A program made the position numbers and the translations under genes. The notes below the pieces were generated by a model. It was not told where the DNA came from. It ran no database searches and saw only the letters and a list, made by a program, of their open reading frames with translations. A DNA stretch of 63,375 bases, filler included, from Chiloscyllium plagiosum (Eukaryota): assembly GCF_004010195.1 (NCBI RefSeq). It is 4 parts of one record of this genome, joined end to end, with 100 filler letters (N's around TTAATTAATTAA, not from the genome) between each part and the next. Parts side by side here need not be neighbours in the genome. Positions count along the whole stretch, not along the records: positions 1 to 23,913 come from NC_057715.1; 3 more parts are not named here. One strand, 5' to 3'. Shown here one piece after another: positions 1 through 12,400 of the stretch (positions within the stretch are counted from its first letter, which is position 1; each line of letters starts with the position of its first letter).

Positions 1-133
1 GCTTCACAGGAGGCTCCCAAGCACTGAGGATGTCACCTAGACAGGGGACGAAACGTCTGCAACACAAATTCCCAGCTCGGCGAACAGAACCACAACAACG
101 AGCACCCGAGCTACAAATCTTCACCCAAACTTT
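1..133 (+). mobile_element. 3' terminus (pLTR) of a Penelope-like element containing a minimal hammerhead ribozyme
   Basis: Near-identical reverse complement of 24767-24900, which is contiguous with GIY-YIG coding sequence; CTGAGGA...GAAACGTC core at 24-57. Confidence 0.8.
21..60 (+). ncRNA. Minimal type-I hammerhead ribozyme motif
   Basis: gca-CTGAGGA-t-GTCACCT/AGAC/AGGGGAC (stem II)-GAAAC-GTC-tgc; gca and tgc close stem I. Confidence 0.7.
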
Positions 134-237
134 GGTTTATTTCATCCAAAGGATGCCACCTCTGATAATGGAGCACTCAGTATGATACTGGACTATCAAC
201 CTTGATTAAGTGCACAGCTCTGTAGAAGGTGTTCAGA

Positions 238-381
238 GGTTAAAATGAACTAGGTGAAAGTGAGGACTGCAAATGCTGGAGATTAGAGTCGAGAGTGTGG
301 TGCTGGAAAAGCACAGCAGGTCAGGAAGCATCTGAGGAGCAGGAGAATTGACGTTTTGGGCAAAAGCCCCTCATCAGGAAT
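238..381 (-). mobile_element. Short Penelope-derived pLTR/hammerhead element inserted in a Deu-domain SINE remnant
   Basis: Reverse complement reads CTGATGAGGGGCTTTTGCCCAAAACGTC followed by the family tail; imperfect 12-bp duplication AAGGTGTTCAGA (226-237) / AAGGCGTTCTGA (382-393). Confidence 0.6.
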
Positions 382-1074
382 AAGGCGTTCTGAATCCATT
401 ACTTTCTGATTTGGAGTAGGGTGCTACTAACTAAGCCAAATGTGAAAACACAGTTAATTTCTTGTGATTTGCTTCTTTTGTTCTGTTTGTGCTACAAGTT
501 AATTAACTCATCAAAAAAAAAAGCCCTTTAACACCCTATGAATGTAAACTGAAACAATAATTATGTGAAATGGATATGTATTACTGCCTTGTGTGTAGCA
601 AACTGCAGCTTGATGCACCTATTGTACATTGCTTTGCAGATTATGGGTTCCTCAAACCCTGGTATGTTGCTTTAGTTCAATACTAGTAATGGCAGGCTCC
701 AGAGATTTCAAAACTGCACTTTTAAGATATGGAGATCGGCACTAAGGCCTACATTTATTCTTAAAAAACCTCAGCCGGTCTAGCAGCATCTGTGGAGGGA
801 AGAACAGAGTTAATGGTTTGAGTGCAATGTGATCCTTCAGGATTGGTGAGAGATAGAAACATGATGGAAAGTTTGCTGTTTAAAAATGCATGTTAGGGAG
901 AACAAAAGGGAAGGTCAGAGACAGATTGAAGGGCAGGACAATTGTCATGGTACCTAAAGGAAAAGGATATAATGGTTACAAGTAAAGCAACAAAGTATTG
1001 GTCCAAAGAGATAGAAAGATAAAACTTGTCTCTGTGTGAGTGCATGTGTGGGCAGATGTTATCAGTAGTCAGCA

Positions 1075-1290
1075 TAGAATCATAGAATCCTGAGTGTGTG
1101 GAAGGAAGCCATTCAGCCCATTGAATCTACATCAACCCTCTGAAGAGTAACCCATAACCTATCTCTGTAACTCTGGACTTCCCATGGTTAACCCACCTAG
1201 CCAGCACATTCCCAGACACTATGAGCAATTTAACATGGTCAGCATACCTAACCTGCACATCTTCAAACTGTGGGAGGAAATCGGAGCAGG
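1075..1290 (-). mobile_element. HE1-type SINE, 3' part
   Basis: Reverse complement of the body and tail seen in the full copy at 7886-8190. Confidence 0.65.
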
Positions 1291-1813
1291 AAGTAATGTT
1301 GCCCTGGATGGCCTGGGACAGTAAGCATGGATTTTGTACTTGACAGGATACTTCACAGAGAGTCTCAAAAATAAACATTTGTTGGACAAAGACAACTAGT
1401 TACATAATGGAGAGATATGAAGGGCATTGAGAACAAGAAGCCACAAGTGCACTTAATAGAAAATTACTTGACCATCTGGTAGATAAAGCTGCGAGCAGGC
1501 TTCACAGTCGCAATGTCTAAAACAACCTGGTATCAAATCACACGCCACTAAATCGATAACAACTAAATCGAGCAGGGAGGAAGCAGTATGATCTGATCAT
1601 CCACATTTATTCTAAATATTCCAACATTGAATACTGTCAAATTCAAACAGGAGCAAACAGTTAAAATGTTGGCAACATTCTTCATCAATCCCACCCAGTG
1701 GTGAGTACACTGCGTTACAGTGATCCCAACATCTGCTTCCATTCTAACTCTTTTTAAGTCTGTGAGCCTTCTGCATGATGTGGAGGAGCTGGTGTTCCTC
1801 TGGGGAGGACAAA

Positions 1814-1950
1814 GTTAAAAATCACACAACACCAGGTTATAGTCCAACAGGTTTATTTGGAAGCACTAGCTTTCGGAGCGCTGCTCCTTCATCAGCTACC
1901 TGATGAAAGCTAGTGCTTCCAAATAAACCTGTTGTTGTGTGATTTTTAAC
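1814..1950. mobile_element. Fold-back Penelope-derived mini-element; left arm has an intact minus-strand hammerhead
   Basis: 1814-1895 is inverted at 1900-1950; the left arm reverse complement reads CTGATGA-AGGAGC-AGC-GCTCC-GAAAGCTA. Confidence 0.7.
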
Positions 1951-2129
1951 CTTGTCTTCTGTTTACTGTCATTTTATCATATGTATCCCTGATACCCTGG
2001 AAAAACCAAAGTGTTTCTCAACAGCTCACACAAGCTGCAAAAATTAAACCAGTAAAAGCAGCAGTTGAAAACAGTAATCTTAAAAACCTGCACCACACAG
2101 ACCGAGATTACCATGAAACAAGGGATTTG

Positions 2130-5002
2130 GTTTGGGGGGGGAAGTGAAAGTGACAGGGAGTATGGAGTTAAATGGAAAGATAAACAGCAGGATAGCATGT
2201 GTGCAGGCGGATTTAAGCTTGAGGCAGACTAGGAACGCAGCAAAAAGGAAGGATAACTTAGACATCTTATGACTTCCAATATCTCTAATGATAAGAAAGT
2301 TAGCATTAAGGCACTTTACCTGAATGCTCGTAGCATTCGTAACAAAGTAGATGAACTAACGGCACAGATCATCGTGAATGATTATGATGTGGTAGGCATC
2401 ACAGAGACGTGGTTGCAGGGGGTTCAGGACTGGCAGTTAAACATCCAAGGATTTACAACTTATCGAAAAGACAGGGAGGTGGGCAGAGGGGGCAGGGTTG
2501 CCTTGTTAGTTAAGAACAAAATTAAATCTATGGCACTGAATGACATAGCGTCGGATGACGTAGAGTCTGTCTGGGTGGAATTGAGGAACCACAGAGGCAA
2601 AAAAACCATAATGGGAGTTATGTACAGACCTCCTAACAGTGGTCAGGACCAGGGGCACAACATGTACTGGGAAATAGAGAAGGCATGTCAGAAAGGCAAG
2701 GTCACGGTGATCATGGGGGACTTCAATATGCAGGTGGACTGGGTAGATAATGTTGCCAGTGGATCCAAAGAAAGGGAATTCATGGAATGCTTACAGGATG
2801 GCTTTTTTGTAACAGCTTGTCATGGAGCCCACAAGGGAGCAGGCTATTCTGGACCTAGTGCTATGTAATGAACCAGACTTTATAAAAGATCTTAAAGTAA
2901 GGGAACACTTAGGAAGCAGCGATCATAATATGGTAGAGGTCAGTTTGCAGTTTGAAAGAGAGAAGGCAAAATTGGATGTAATGGTGTTACAGTTAAATAA
3001 AGGTAATTATGAAGGCATGAGAGAGGAACTGACAAAAATCGACTGGAAGCAGAGCCTAGCGGGGAAGACAGTAGAGCAAAAATGGCAGGGGTTTGTGGGT
3101 ATAATTGAGGACGCAGTACAGAGGTACATCCCCAAGAAAAGAAAGATTATCCTGGGAGGGATTAGACAGCCATGGCTGACAAAGGAAGTCAGGAAATGTA
3201 TCAAAGAAAAAGAGAGATGCTATAAAGTGGCCAAGAGCACTGGGAAATCAGAAGATTGGGAAGGCCACAAAAACAAACAGAGGATAACAAAGAGAGATAT
3301 AAGGAAGGAGAGAATCAAATATGAAGGTAGGGTAGCCAGTAATATTAGAAATGATAGTAAAAGTTTCTTTCAATACATAAGAAACAAACGACAGGCAAAA
3401 GTAGACATTGGGCCACTTCAAACTGATGCTGGAAGGCTAGTGATGGGAGATAAGGAAATAGTTGGAGAATTTAATAAGTACTTTGCGTCAGTCTTCATAG
3501 TGGAAGACATGAGTAATATACCAACAATTAAAGGGAGTCAAGGGGTTGAGTTGAGTATGGTTGCCATTACAAAAGAGAAAATGCGAGAAAAGCTAAAAGG
3601 TCTTAAAATTGATAAATCTCCTGGCCCCGATGGGCTACATCCTAGAGTTCTGAGGGAGGTGGCTGAGGAAATAGCGGAGGCGTTGGCTTAGATCTTTCAA
3701 AGGTCACTGGAGTCAGGGAAAGTCTCGGATGATTGGAAGATCGCTGTTGTAACCCCTTTGTTCAAGAAAGGATCAAGACAAAAGATGGAAAATTATAGGT
3801 CAATTAGCATAACCTCGGTTGTTGGTAAAATTCTAGAATCCATCATTAAGGATGAGGTTTCTAAATTCTTGGAAGAGCAGGGTCGGATTAGAACAAGTTA
3901 ACATGGATTTAGTAAGGGGAGGTCATGCCTGACAAACCTGTTAGAATTCTTTGAAGAGGTGACAAGTAGGTTAGACCAGGGAAACCCAGTGGATGTGGTC
4001 TATCTACACTTCCAAAAGGCCTTTGATAAGGTGCAACACGGGAGGCTGTTGAGTCAGGTGAGGGCCCATGGTGTTCGAGGTGAGCTACTGGCCATGGATT
4101 GAGGACTGGCTGTCTGACAGAAGGCAGAGAGTTGGGATAAAAGGTTCTTTTTCGGAATGGCAGCCGGTGACAAGTGGTGTCCCACAAGGTTCAGTGTTGG
4201 GGCCGCAGCTGTTCACGTTATATATTAATGATCTGNNNNNNNNNNNNNNNNNNNNNNNNNNNNNNNNNNNNNNNNNNNNNNNNNNNNNNNNNNNNNNNNN
4301 NNNNNNNNNNNNNNNNNNNNNNNNNNNNNNNNNNNNNNNNNNNNNNNNNNNNNNNNNNNNNNNNNNNNNNNNNNNNNNNNNNNNNNNNNNNNNNNNNNNN
4401 NNNNNNNNNNNNNNNNNNNNNNNNNNNNNNNNNNNNNNNNNNNNNNNNNNNNNNNNNNNNNNNNNNNNNNNNNNNNNNNNNNNNNNNNNNNNNNNNNNNN
4501 NNNNNNNNNNNNNNNNNNNNNNNNNNNNNNNNNNNNNNNNNNNNNNNNNNNNNNNNNNNNNNNNNNNNNNNNNNNNNNNNNNNNNNGGATTGTACTCATT
4601 GGAGTTTAGAAGGTTAAGGGGAGATCTAATAGAAACTTACAAGATAATACATGGCTTGGAAAGGGTGGATGCTAGGAAATTGTTTCCGTTAGGCAAGGAG
4701 ACTAGGACCCGTGGGCACAGCCTTAGAATTAGAGGGGGTCAATTCAGGACAGAAATGCGGAGACATTTCTTCAGCCAGAGAGTGGTGGGCCTGTGGAATT
4801 CATTGCCGCAGAGTGCAGTGGAGGCCGGGACGCTAAATGTCTTCCATGCAGAGATTGATAAATTCTTGATGTCACAAGGAATTAAGGGCTACGGGGAGAA
4901 TGCGGGTAAGTGGAGTTGAAATGCCCATCAGCCATGATTAAATGACGGAGTGGACTCGATGGGCTGAATGGCCTTACTTCCACTCCTATGTCTTATGGTC
5001 TT
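2130..5002 (+). mobile_element. CR1 LINE with near-complete but inactivated ORF2 (APE endonuclease + reverse transcriptase) and 3' UTR
   Basis: YLNARSIRNK, VGITETW, MGDFN, SDHN (APE); [24 protein letters not shown] (RT); LYSLEFRRLRGDLIE C-terminus. Frameshift near 2810, stops at 3689 and 3898, N gap 4236-4586, tail CCTATGTCTTATGGTCTT. The 5' boundary is approximate. Confidence 0.95.
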
Positions 5003-5484
5003 CCAGACTTTTGCTGTTGGTCAGTGACCAAGCAACACCATGTGAATGAGAAAAAGAAAGAGGCCAAGGATAGATATTTTGAGGACACACAGAAATACCA
5101 GTGTGTGAGCAGGAAGAGAAACCATTGCAGGGGATTTCTGGGCACTAAATGATACATATGAAAAAAATAGGAGAGTAGAGGTATTGGAGGAAGATGTTGT
5201 GGTTAACCTTATGAAGGATTGCAGATGGATCATTAAGAAGGATGAGGAGGGAAGATATTTTGGGACTCAAGCAAATCCATTTAAACACCAGAGTTGCAGA
5301 GCCGCTCAGCGCATCCATAGTCTATTCCAGAAGTCATTGCCATGCACTCAGACTCCCATGCAGCAGAGTAAAAAGGAATGAGAATGTAGGTAGTAAGGAT
5401 GCAAACCAGATTTTAGAGGTACATACAGAGAGTTCTGAGAAAGACAGGTACAGGTTTGAGAAGAGACCGCTCATTCGAGAACTC

Positions 5485-6052
5485 TGGGTAGCACAGTGGC
5501 TCAATGGTTAGCAGTGCTGCCTCACAGAGCCAGGGACCTGGATTCAATTCCACCCTTTGGCAACTGTCTGTGTGGAGTCTGCACATTCTCCATGCGTCTG
5601 CATGTGTTTCCGCCAGGTGCTCTGGTTTCCTCCCAGAGTCCAAGGATATGCTGGTTAGAGTGGATAGGCCATGCTAAATTGCCCATAGAGTCTAAGGATG
5701 TGCAGGCTAGGTGGATTTTCCAGAGGGCAGTGGAGGCCCAGTCTCTGGATTCATTTAAGAAAGAGTTGGATAGAGCTCTCAAGGATAGTGGAACCAAGGG
5801 TTATGGAGATAAGGCAGGAACAGGATACTGATTAAGGATGATCAGCCATGATCATATTGAATGGTGGTGCAGGCTCGAAGGGCAGAATGGCCTACTCCTG
5901 CACCTATTGTCTATTGATTAGACATAGGAAATACACGGTTACAGGGTTACGGGGATTGGGTGGGTGGGTGGGAATCTAGATAGGATGCTCCTTGAATGGT
6001 CAGTGTGACTTGATAGGCCGAGTGGCTTGCTTCTACACTGTAGGGATTCTAT
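5485..6052 (+). mobile_element. HE1-type SINE interrupted by a CR1 3'-end fragment (5718-5915)
   Basis: tRNA-like head GTGGCTCAATGGTTAGC...GGATTCAATTCC; CR1 tail inserted between GATT repeats at 5714-5717 and 5916-5919. Confidence 0.85.
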
Positions 6053-6757
6053 GAATGACAGCTTGGAGATGGATGGTAGTTTGCAAGGATAGCCAAGTCA
6101 AAAGTGAGATGGTGTGTGTGGATGACTGCGGGGCAGGGTGTGCAATTTATCACAGATTTGAAAGGAGCTCACAGAATCACAAAATGCAATACAGGAGGCC
6201 ATTAAAGTAACCATACTGTGCAAGTTCATAACTAACATTAGAATCTGCAATGAGATGTCCATCTCTCTGGGTAAAATTGTCAGGTGCTGAAATTGCCCAG
6301 TAGAATCCAAAGAAAGGGCTGCTAATAGAGTTCAACTTAAACAACCATCAGGAGAGGCTGAAATGACATAGAGAAGATTTTTCTGCTTGTGGAGGAATTA
6401 AAACATACCAGCCGAAAAGTAAACAGACCCATTAGGGAATTTAAGAGAAACCTCCTTACGCAGAGACTACTGAGAATGTGGAACACTACCACATGAAGAA
6501 GTATAGCAAAGATGCATTTAAAGTGACACAGAGAAAAGTAATAAAAAATAAAATTAAAGACTCTTTATCTGAATGCCTAAAGCTGAACTTATGACACAAA
6601 TAGAAATAAAAATGGTTTAGATTTTAAATGCTGTATGTGATATCATTACAAGGTGACTGCGTTTGGAATATTCCAGAATAGATAGCATTTCAAAAGCACA
6701 ATCAGCATGGAAAGGGAGCAGGGGTGGTCCTAATAGTAAAGGATGATGTAAGAATAC

Positions 6758-6979
6758 TGTAGTGATTGGAACAAGGTCAGCCAGAATACAAATTCCCTGA
6801 CTCGGGCTGTTAATCTGATCCAATTAGGGACACCTGGCTAATAGAAATAAACAGGAGTGTCGGGGGATCTGCTCAGTCTGGGACCAGCTCTGTGCTAGCT
6901 GGGTTACTATCATGTACAATGCATGCGTAAATAAAGTGTGACTTGGTGACAGGTTACTGGCCTTCATGGAGTTATTTCA
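6758..6979 (+). mobile_element. Probable short solo LTR inserted in a degenerate CR1 fragment
   Basis: TG...CA termini and internal AATAAA; interrupts a decayed CR1 APE segment; no clean TSD. Confidence 0.4.
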
Positions 6980-7885
6980 AACATTAGTAGGAAATGGCAT
7001 TGGTTATTGAAGATCAAATAGTATAATCGGTACTGATGGAGTTTAGCATAAGCAAGAGTGGGAGGTATTTACATGTCACCAATCAGAAATTATATCATCA
7101 GACATCCAGTTAAGGGGGCAATAGAAGCGGGCAACAAAGGCAATGTAATAATTGTGCTGATTTTAATTTTCATTTAGACTGCACTGCACCAATTAAATTG
7201 GCAAAAGTCGTATTGGAAGGTAAATTGGTAGAATGTTTGCAACAATGTCCTGGTGCAATATTTTCTGGAGCCAAATAGAGATCAAGCTACTTTAGATCTC
7301 CTATTAGATAATGAGGCAGAGTTAATTTATAATCTCATAGTAAAAGATCCACTGGGGATTAGCGATCATAATACAATTCAATCATGCATTAAGTTTGAAA
7401 CTGATACACTGCATCATCAAGCAAGACTTCAATAAAGATAATTACATGGGGAGGAGGGTAGAACTGAATCACAATGGTTTAGTGCACAGATGAAAAGGGA
7501 TGATAGTAAAGAAACAGAAATAATTTGTGGAAAAGAACGTTCAACAAAAATATATTCCACTGACAAACAGAAACTCAGTAAGAAAGATCCATACTGTAGG
7601 GATTCTGTAATGGTTTGCCACCAGTGTTGGGAGTGATACTAGCAATGACATCCAAGTATTGTGAGAGAAACAGTACTTGGAACATTCAATTCCATTTTTT
7701 CCATTTTCCAAAGAATTTGTTTGCTTCCTACTTTAGTTGCCCTTTGTGTAAACTTCACTGTCTGAATAGCCTAGTGTGAGAAACCATTTCTTCAACTTTC
7801 CACTTGAAATTTTCTCCCAACCAAACTGTTTCTGCCCAATCTTTAACCCATAGCATCTCTAGTACAAATTACAACAGAGAGATGT

Positions 7886-8190
7886 GGGCGACACGGTGGC
7901 ACAGTGGTTAGCACTGCTGCCTCACAGCGCCTGAGACCCGGGTTCAATTCCCGCCTCAGACGACTGACTGTGTGGAGTTTGCACATTCTCCCCGTGGGTT
8001 TCCTCCGGGTGCTCCGGTTTCCTCCCACAGTCCAAAGATGTGCAGGTCAGGTGAATTGGCCATGCTAAATTGCCAATTTAGGTAAGGGGTAAATGTAGGG
8101 GTATGGATGGGTTGCACTTCGGCTGGTCGGTGTGGCCATGTTGGGCCGAAGGGCCTGTTTCCACACTGTAATGTAATCTAATCTAATCTA
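7886..8190 (+). mobile_element. HE1-type tRNA-derived SINE, full length
   Basis: A box TGGCACAGTGG, B box GGTTCAATTCC, GGAGTTTGCACATTCTCC core, CR1-like tail ending in (TAATC)n. Confidence 0.9.
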
Positions 8191-9627
8191 TCCATGACAC
8201 ATTTTACAACGAATTATATTTCCCCCGTATCTACAATCCACAGGCACCTTTCTCCTTGTTGTCAACAGGTTTTTACTTTTCGTAGTTCCAACAAATACAA
8301 CAGTTTCTACATCAATGGATGAAGGCAGCAATATTTCCAAAATAAACTGGAAATGATTAACCAATGACAGTTCATAGCACAGCCCAACTAAGAGGGTAAA
8401 ATTCAATAACTAACTAACCATTAGATATAATAAATGACAGATAACATGTTCATAACACCACATCTTCAAAATACACCACTCAAACAGATTTCAGCTACCT
8501 GTATCTCACACCAAAGCCACCTGGTTCTCCTCTTTAAAAAACTCTCTTTTACTCCAAAACAGTTAGAAGCCCCTCCTCAAATGCTCTTCTTTAGTTTACT
8601 ATCTATTATAGCCCAATCACCAAGGGAAATCACGCTCTCTAAATAAAAGGTGCTACACAAATGTAAGGTGTTGGTTTAGAGTATATCTATCCACTCAAAG
8701 CACATAGCATATTACAGTGATTGAACAAAAATGTTTTCCTTAAAGACAGCAGCACCATTTCAATAAAAAAAAAAGTGAATGCTGGAACTCCGAAACAAAA
8801 ACTGAAAATGCCGGAGAAACTCATCAGGTCTGGCAGCATTTGGAGAGAGAAATATAGTTAACATTTCAAGTCCTGAGATCCTGTCAGAACCTGCAACAGC
8901 TGGAAAAGTGTGGTATGTGGCATCTGGTGGAGGTGGCAGAAATGGTGACTTGTGATCCTATGAATATGAAGATTGATGGGGTTGAAAAGTCGGGCACCCC
9001 ACCATTGTTGAGGGAAGAGAAGGCGCGAGGGCAGACATGTAGAAAAGGTGTTGAACATAGCTGAGGGCTCTGTCAACCATGACAGCAGGGAACACTTGAT
9101 TGAGGACATTTCTGAGGCACATCTGTAAAAGGTGGCATAATTTCAACAATTTAAAGTCTGTGAAAGTGAGGTGATAGATTAAATGATTAGGAATGCTGAG
9201 ATTCACTGACATTCACAAACAAAAGGACAGCATGAATCTCTCAGCTCTTGCTTCACACAACCAAGCATAATTGGAGTCAGAAAACAATCAATATATTCAC
9301 CACTTCAGAAGAACAAACTATATTTATAAGACACCTTGAAAACAGTTTAAAAAATTGCTTCACAATAACTTAGCAAAGTATGACTCTGAGCCATTTAAGG
9401 AGATCTAAGAATGAAAAACACAATGAAATAGATAGTTTTTACACTTCGATGTAAAAGTTCCTTCCCACTCGCCTGGCTCTCTCTCCTCTCTGCACTCTAT
9501 TCCTGCCTAAACTCACCCAACTTTTGCCATCTCTGTCCCCTCTTTATGTCCACCTGTTCCAGATTAGACCACAGTCAGTACTCTGTTGTCCCTTTTTAGT
9601 TGCCATACTCACAATTGACATACTCAC

Positions 9628-9711
9628 CTCCACCCGAAGCACCCCACAACCTTTCAAAAACTCTTTGATGTTACTCAGGCATTCTGCTTCTGATTTGGGG
9701 TCTTGGTGTAT
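9628..9711 (-). CDS. ARHGEF7: ARHGEF7 (beta-PIX) coding exon 2, CH domain
   Basis: cacag|IHQDPKSEAECLSNIKEFLKGCGVLRVE|gtgagt, 84 bp, phase 0/0, in frame with exon 1; matches the recalled PIX CH motif (EPRSESECLSNIREFLRGCG). Confidence 0.92.
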
Positions 9712-9899
9712 CTGTGGAATGAACATCAGGGTAGAATTAAAGCACAGAACATGAGCACCCAACATTAGCTTAATACCGCTTAACAGCACAAAATGTAAAT
9801 CTCTGACAAACCACACTCCACACCCAGCGGACACATGGTGCAAAGGAACAGGGTGCGGGCAGCAAAGAATCCCATACCCAAAAAGAGATTGTAGAATAC

Positions 9900-12400
9900 G
9901 GGCTTGTAAAGCCTCAATAACATAATGCAACTTGTTTTTCAAGTCATCATTGCTAATCTCAAGATTCTCTCTTCTTTTTGGGTTCTACTATGAGTCTCAG
10001 AAGCCCAGTGAAATCTTTGATTATTTGCCCCTTGACCAGGACTGTTTTTTTCCAAAGCCAATTGTTAGATTTCATGATTATGAATACAGTCTCTACCATC
10101 TTAGATGCTTTGTATTGCAGAGTTACTTGCAGTAAACCTTTAATCTTGAAAACTGTTCCAGGTGGAAAGCTGTAACTTTTGTTTCTTTACCAACGGTATA
10201 TAATTTGACACTCATCTCATCAAGTTTAAAAGGAAGATGTCCTTTGATATAAACAGGTTCTGCAAAACACAAGTTGACTGGATCACCAATTTGCTCTGCA
10301 TTGACTATCCTTTCCAACTCCAGTGGCTCTCCGACATGAATATCTTTGAATATGTAGCCACTTGAGTTTTGGCTGCCTTGTAACTGTGTCTTACTTCTCC
10401 ACATCTTCCAGAAGTCAGCTATAGCCTTTTCAGATATAGAATTCTCTTTTAATAGCTGTCCAGTGCTTGTGCCTATGAGGTTTCTTGTCCCAGTGGGCTT
10501 ATGCTGACTCTTAGTATCTGTTGTCTTCCCTACGCTTTGTGTTGATCTGTCAAGTGTATCCTTATGGTTATAATACCTCAATAGATTCTGTTGCACTCCA
10601 GTGATAACATCATCTTTCTCCTCTTAAAATATTTGTTATTCTTTCTGCTTTCTGCTTCTAGCACAATCTGAGTAGGTTCTCCAACATCAAATCTTCTCTG
10701 GACTCTAATAAAGCTGACAGACCCATCAGGAATTCCAACTATAATTCTGCCACCTATTAGTACTGATTTCAAAGTTCCATACTCTCAACTACCCACTAAT
10801 CCAGAGAGATCTTAATTCAGTTATTGATAAATTCAAATGAAGTTGATCTCTTCTGTTAAATCTTACCTTTTCAAGAACTTCATTTCTGCTAAGATTAAAG
10901 TCTAAAGCTGTGGAACTTCAACAAAAGTGGCAGTATCTTCCTTTATGCCTTGATGAGCTGTGATATGATTAATTTAGGTTCTTTCTAACACAATTATGCA
11001 CCTAATTGTTCAGCTTGTGATTTACTCTCCAGCTTGATTGTTATTCCGTATCTTAAGAATGATTTTCTCCAAGATGTCCACTCCTGTGTTTTACTTGGCC
11101 TACCTCCAATATTAAAATCTGCCAGATAGCATTATTTTTCCTGCTTTTTTTTGTAGTTATTTATACTTTTTACTTAGAAACTTTTTTTAAAATTCTGTAG
11201 GGTCACAATACTGTTTCTATTCCTGGCTTTAAAGTTCTTTAATTTTGCAGTATATAGATGCTGCTTTAATTAATTACCAAGTAAATTTGAACTTCTTCGA
11301 TATAGCAATACAGTTTTATTTTCCTTGCCTTAAAGGATTTTAAACTCTGAAATGTAATTCATTAATATCTCTGCACTATTTACAGGAGATTTAGTGTAGT
11401 CTTGTGGTCAAAATGGAGCTTTCCTGCATTTTTCAGCCAAAATCAAGGTGTGTTGATTTTTGGTGGGCAAAATGGATGATGTACCACCACCAAACAATGC
11501 CAGTGCTTTTCCAAAAATTTCCCAAATAAAGTCTCATGCCTATAGTCTTATTAAATTATTTCCTCCTTGGTTTAAATTACAGATCTCCAACTTTTTTCAC
11601 TACCTCAACAATGTACTTAGTATCTTCCATTAGATATTTGTCATTCAGACTTTTAAACTGTACATTTGCCATCCTAATTCTGGCCATGCCATGTTACTGC
11701 TGCTAAAAACTCAGTTTCAATTACTTCTGTGCCCTCAATTTTCCCACAATGGCCAAGTCTTGTGATACTCGCTTGCCACAGCGACAATGCTCATGGAGAG
11801 CAGTAGGTACTCCTTTTCAAGCTTATAGCAGCCTCAGCCCATTCTGTGCCATTAATTTAAAGTTTTCCTGTTTCACCACAGGAAAACTGATGCTTGTTCG
11901 ATTCCTAGCTAAACCTCTAATCAGAACTGCTGCTACAGATTCTTACAACCTGAAGGAATATATCATCACCAGGTGCAACTAGCTTCCACCTCACGTTCAC
12001 TTTGCTTTTCAAATCTGAAGTAAAAGGCTTTACCACTACATGCTGTTTTTCCCTTGTTGATCTATTGATGATTTTATCTATAAGCCAGCTAACCATCCAG
12101 CTGTTACATCAGCTGACTGGTTGTATGGGTAGAGTATTTAACACAGTAAATATCTAATACTGCTCCTAGGCACCTAGGAATTCTCTGCCATTGGGTGCAC
12201 TGGAATTCTCAACATAGCTACCTTGTGCTATTAAGCATCAATGCCCACTATTAGGACCATGTTATATGTGCCATTATGCCAACCACCATTAGCATTTGGT
12301 TTGGATAGTTTACGGTCACTATCTTTTACTAGTTCTCTGGGACTATTTGGTTTACAGTGGTAAACGAAAGCGTCAAGTAAGCCTTACTGAAAAGAGGCTC
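9900..12400 (-). pseudogene. Decayed long coding sequence of unknown origin in ARHGEF7 intron 1
   Basis: Chain of protein-like minus-strand frames joined by frameshifts and scattered stops (157-aa ORF 10123-10596, ORF 10578-10772, an open frame at about 9960-10175, a long frame at about 10950-11570); purine-rich sense strand; no resemblance to other repeats in the window. Confidence 0.55.

Noticed and set aside
2269..4919. Active CR1 master copy
   Set aside because: ORF2 has a frameshift and at least two in-frame stops, and no intact ORF1 is visible.
7886..7960. tRNA gene
   Set aside because: The A and B boxes are the head of an HE1 SINE that continues into body and LINE-like tail; about a dozen copies occur in the window.
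9544..9942. Apparent Ulp1/CE-clan protease triad in the minus ORF (HFVLL..FNS..QQSTDCG)
   Set aside because: The middle of this ORF is ARHGEF7 exon 2 with canonical splice sites; the flanking motifs are translated intron, so the match is coincidental.
10700..10772. GGRIIVGIPDG resembling a Schlafen/AlbA_2 motif
   Set aside because: Too short, and the upstream E.K and FLN context is not visible; not enough to name the fossil ORF.
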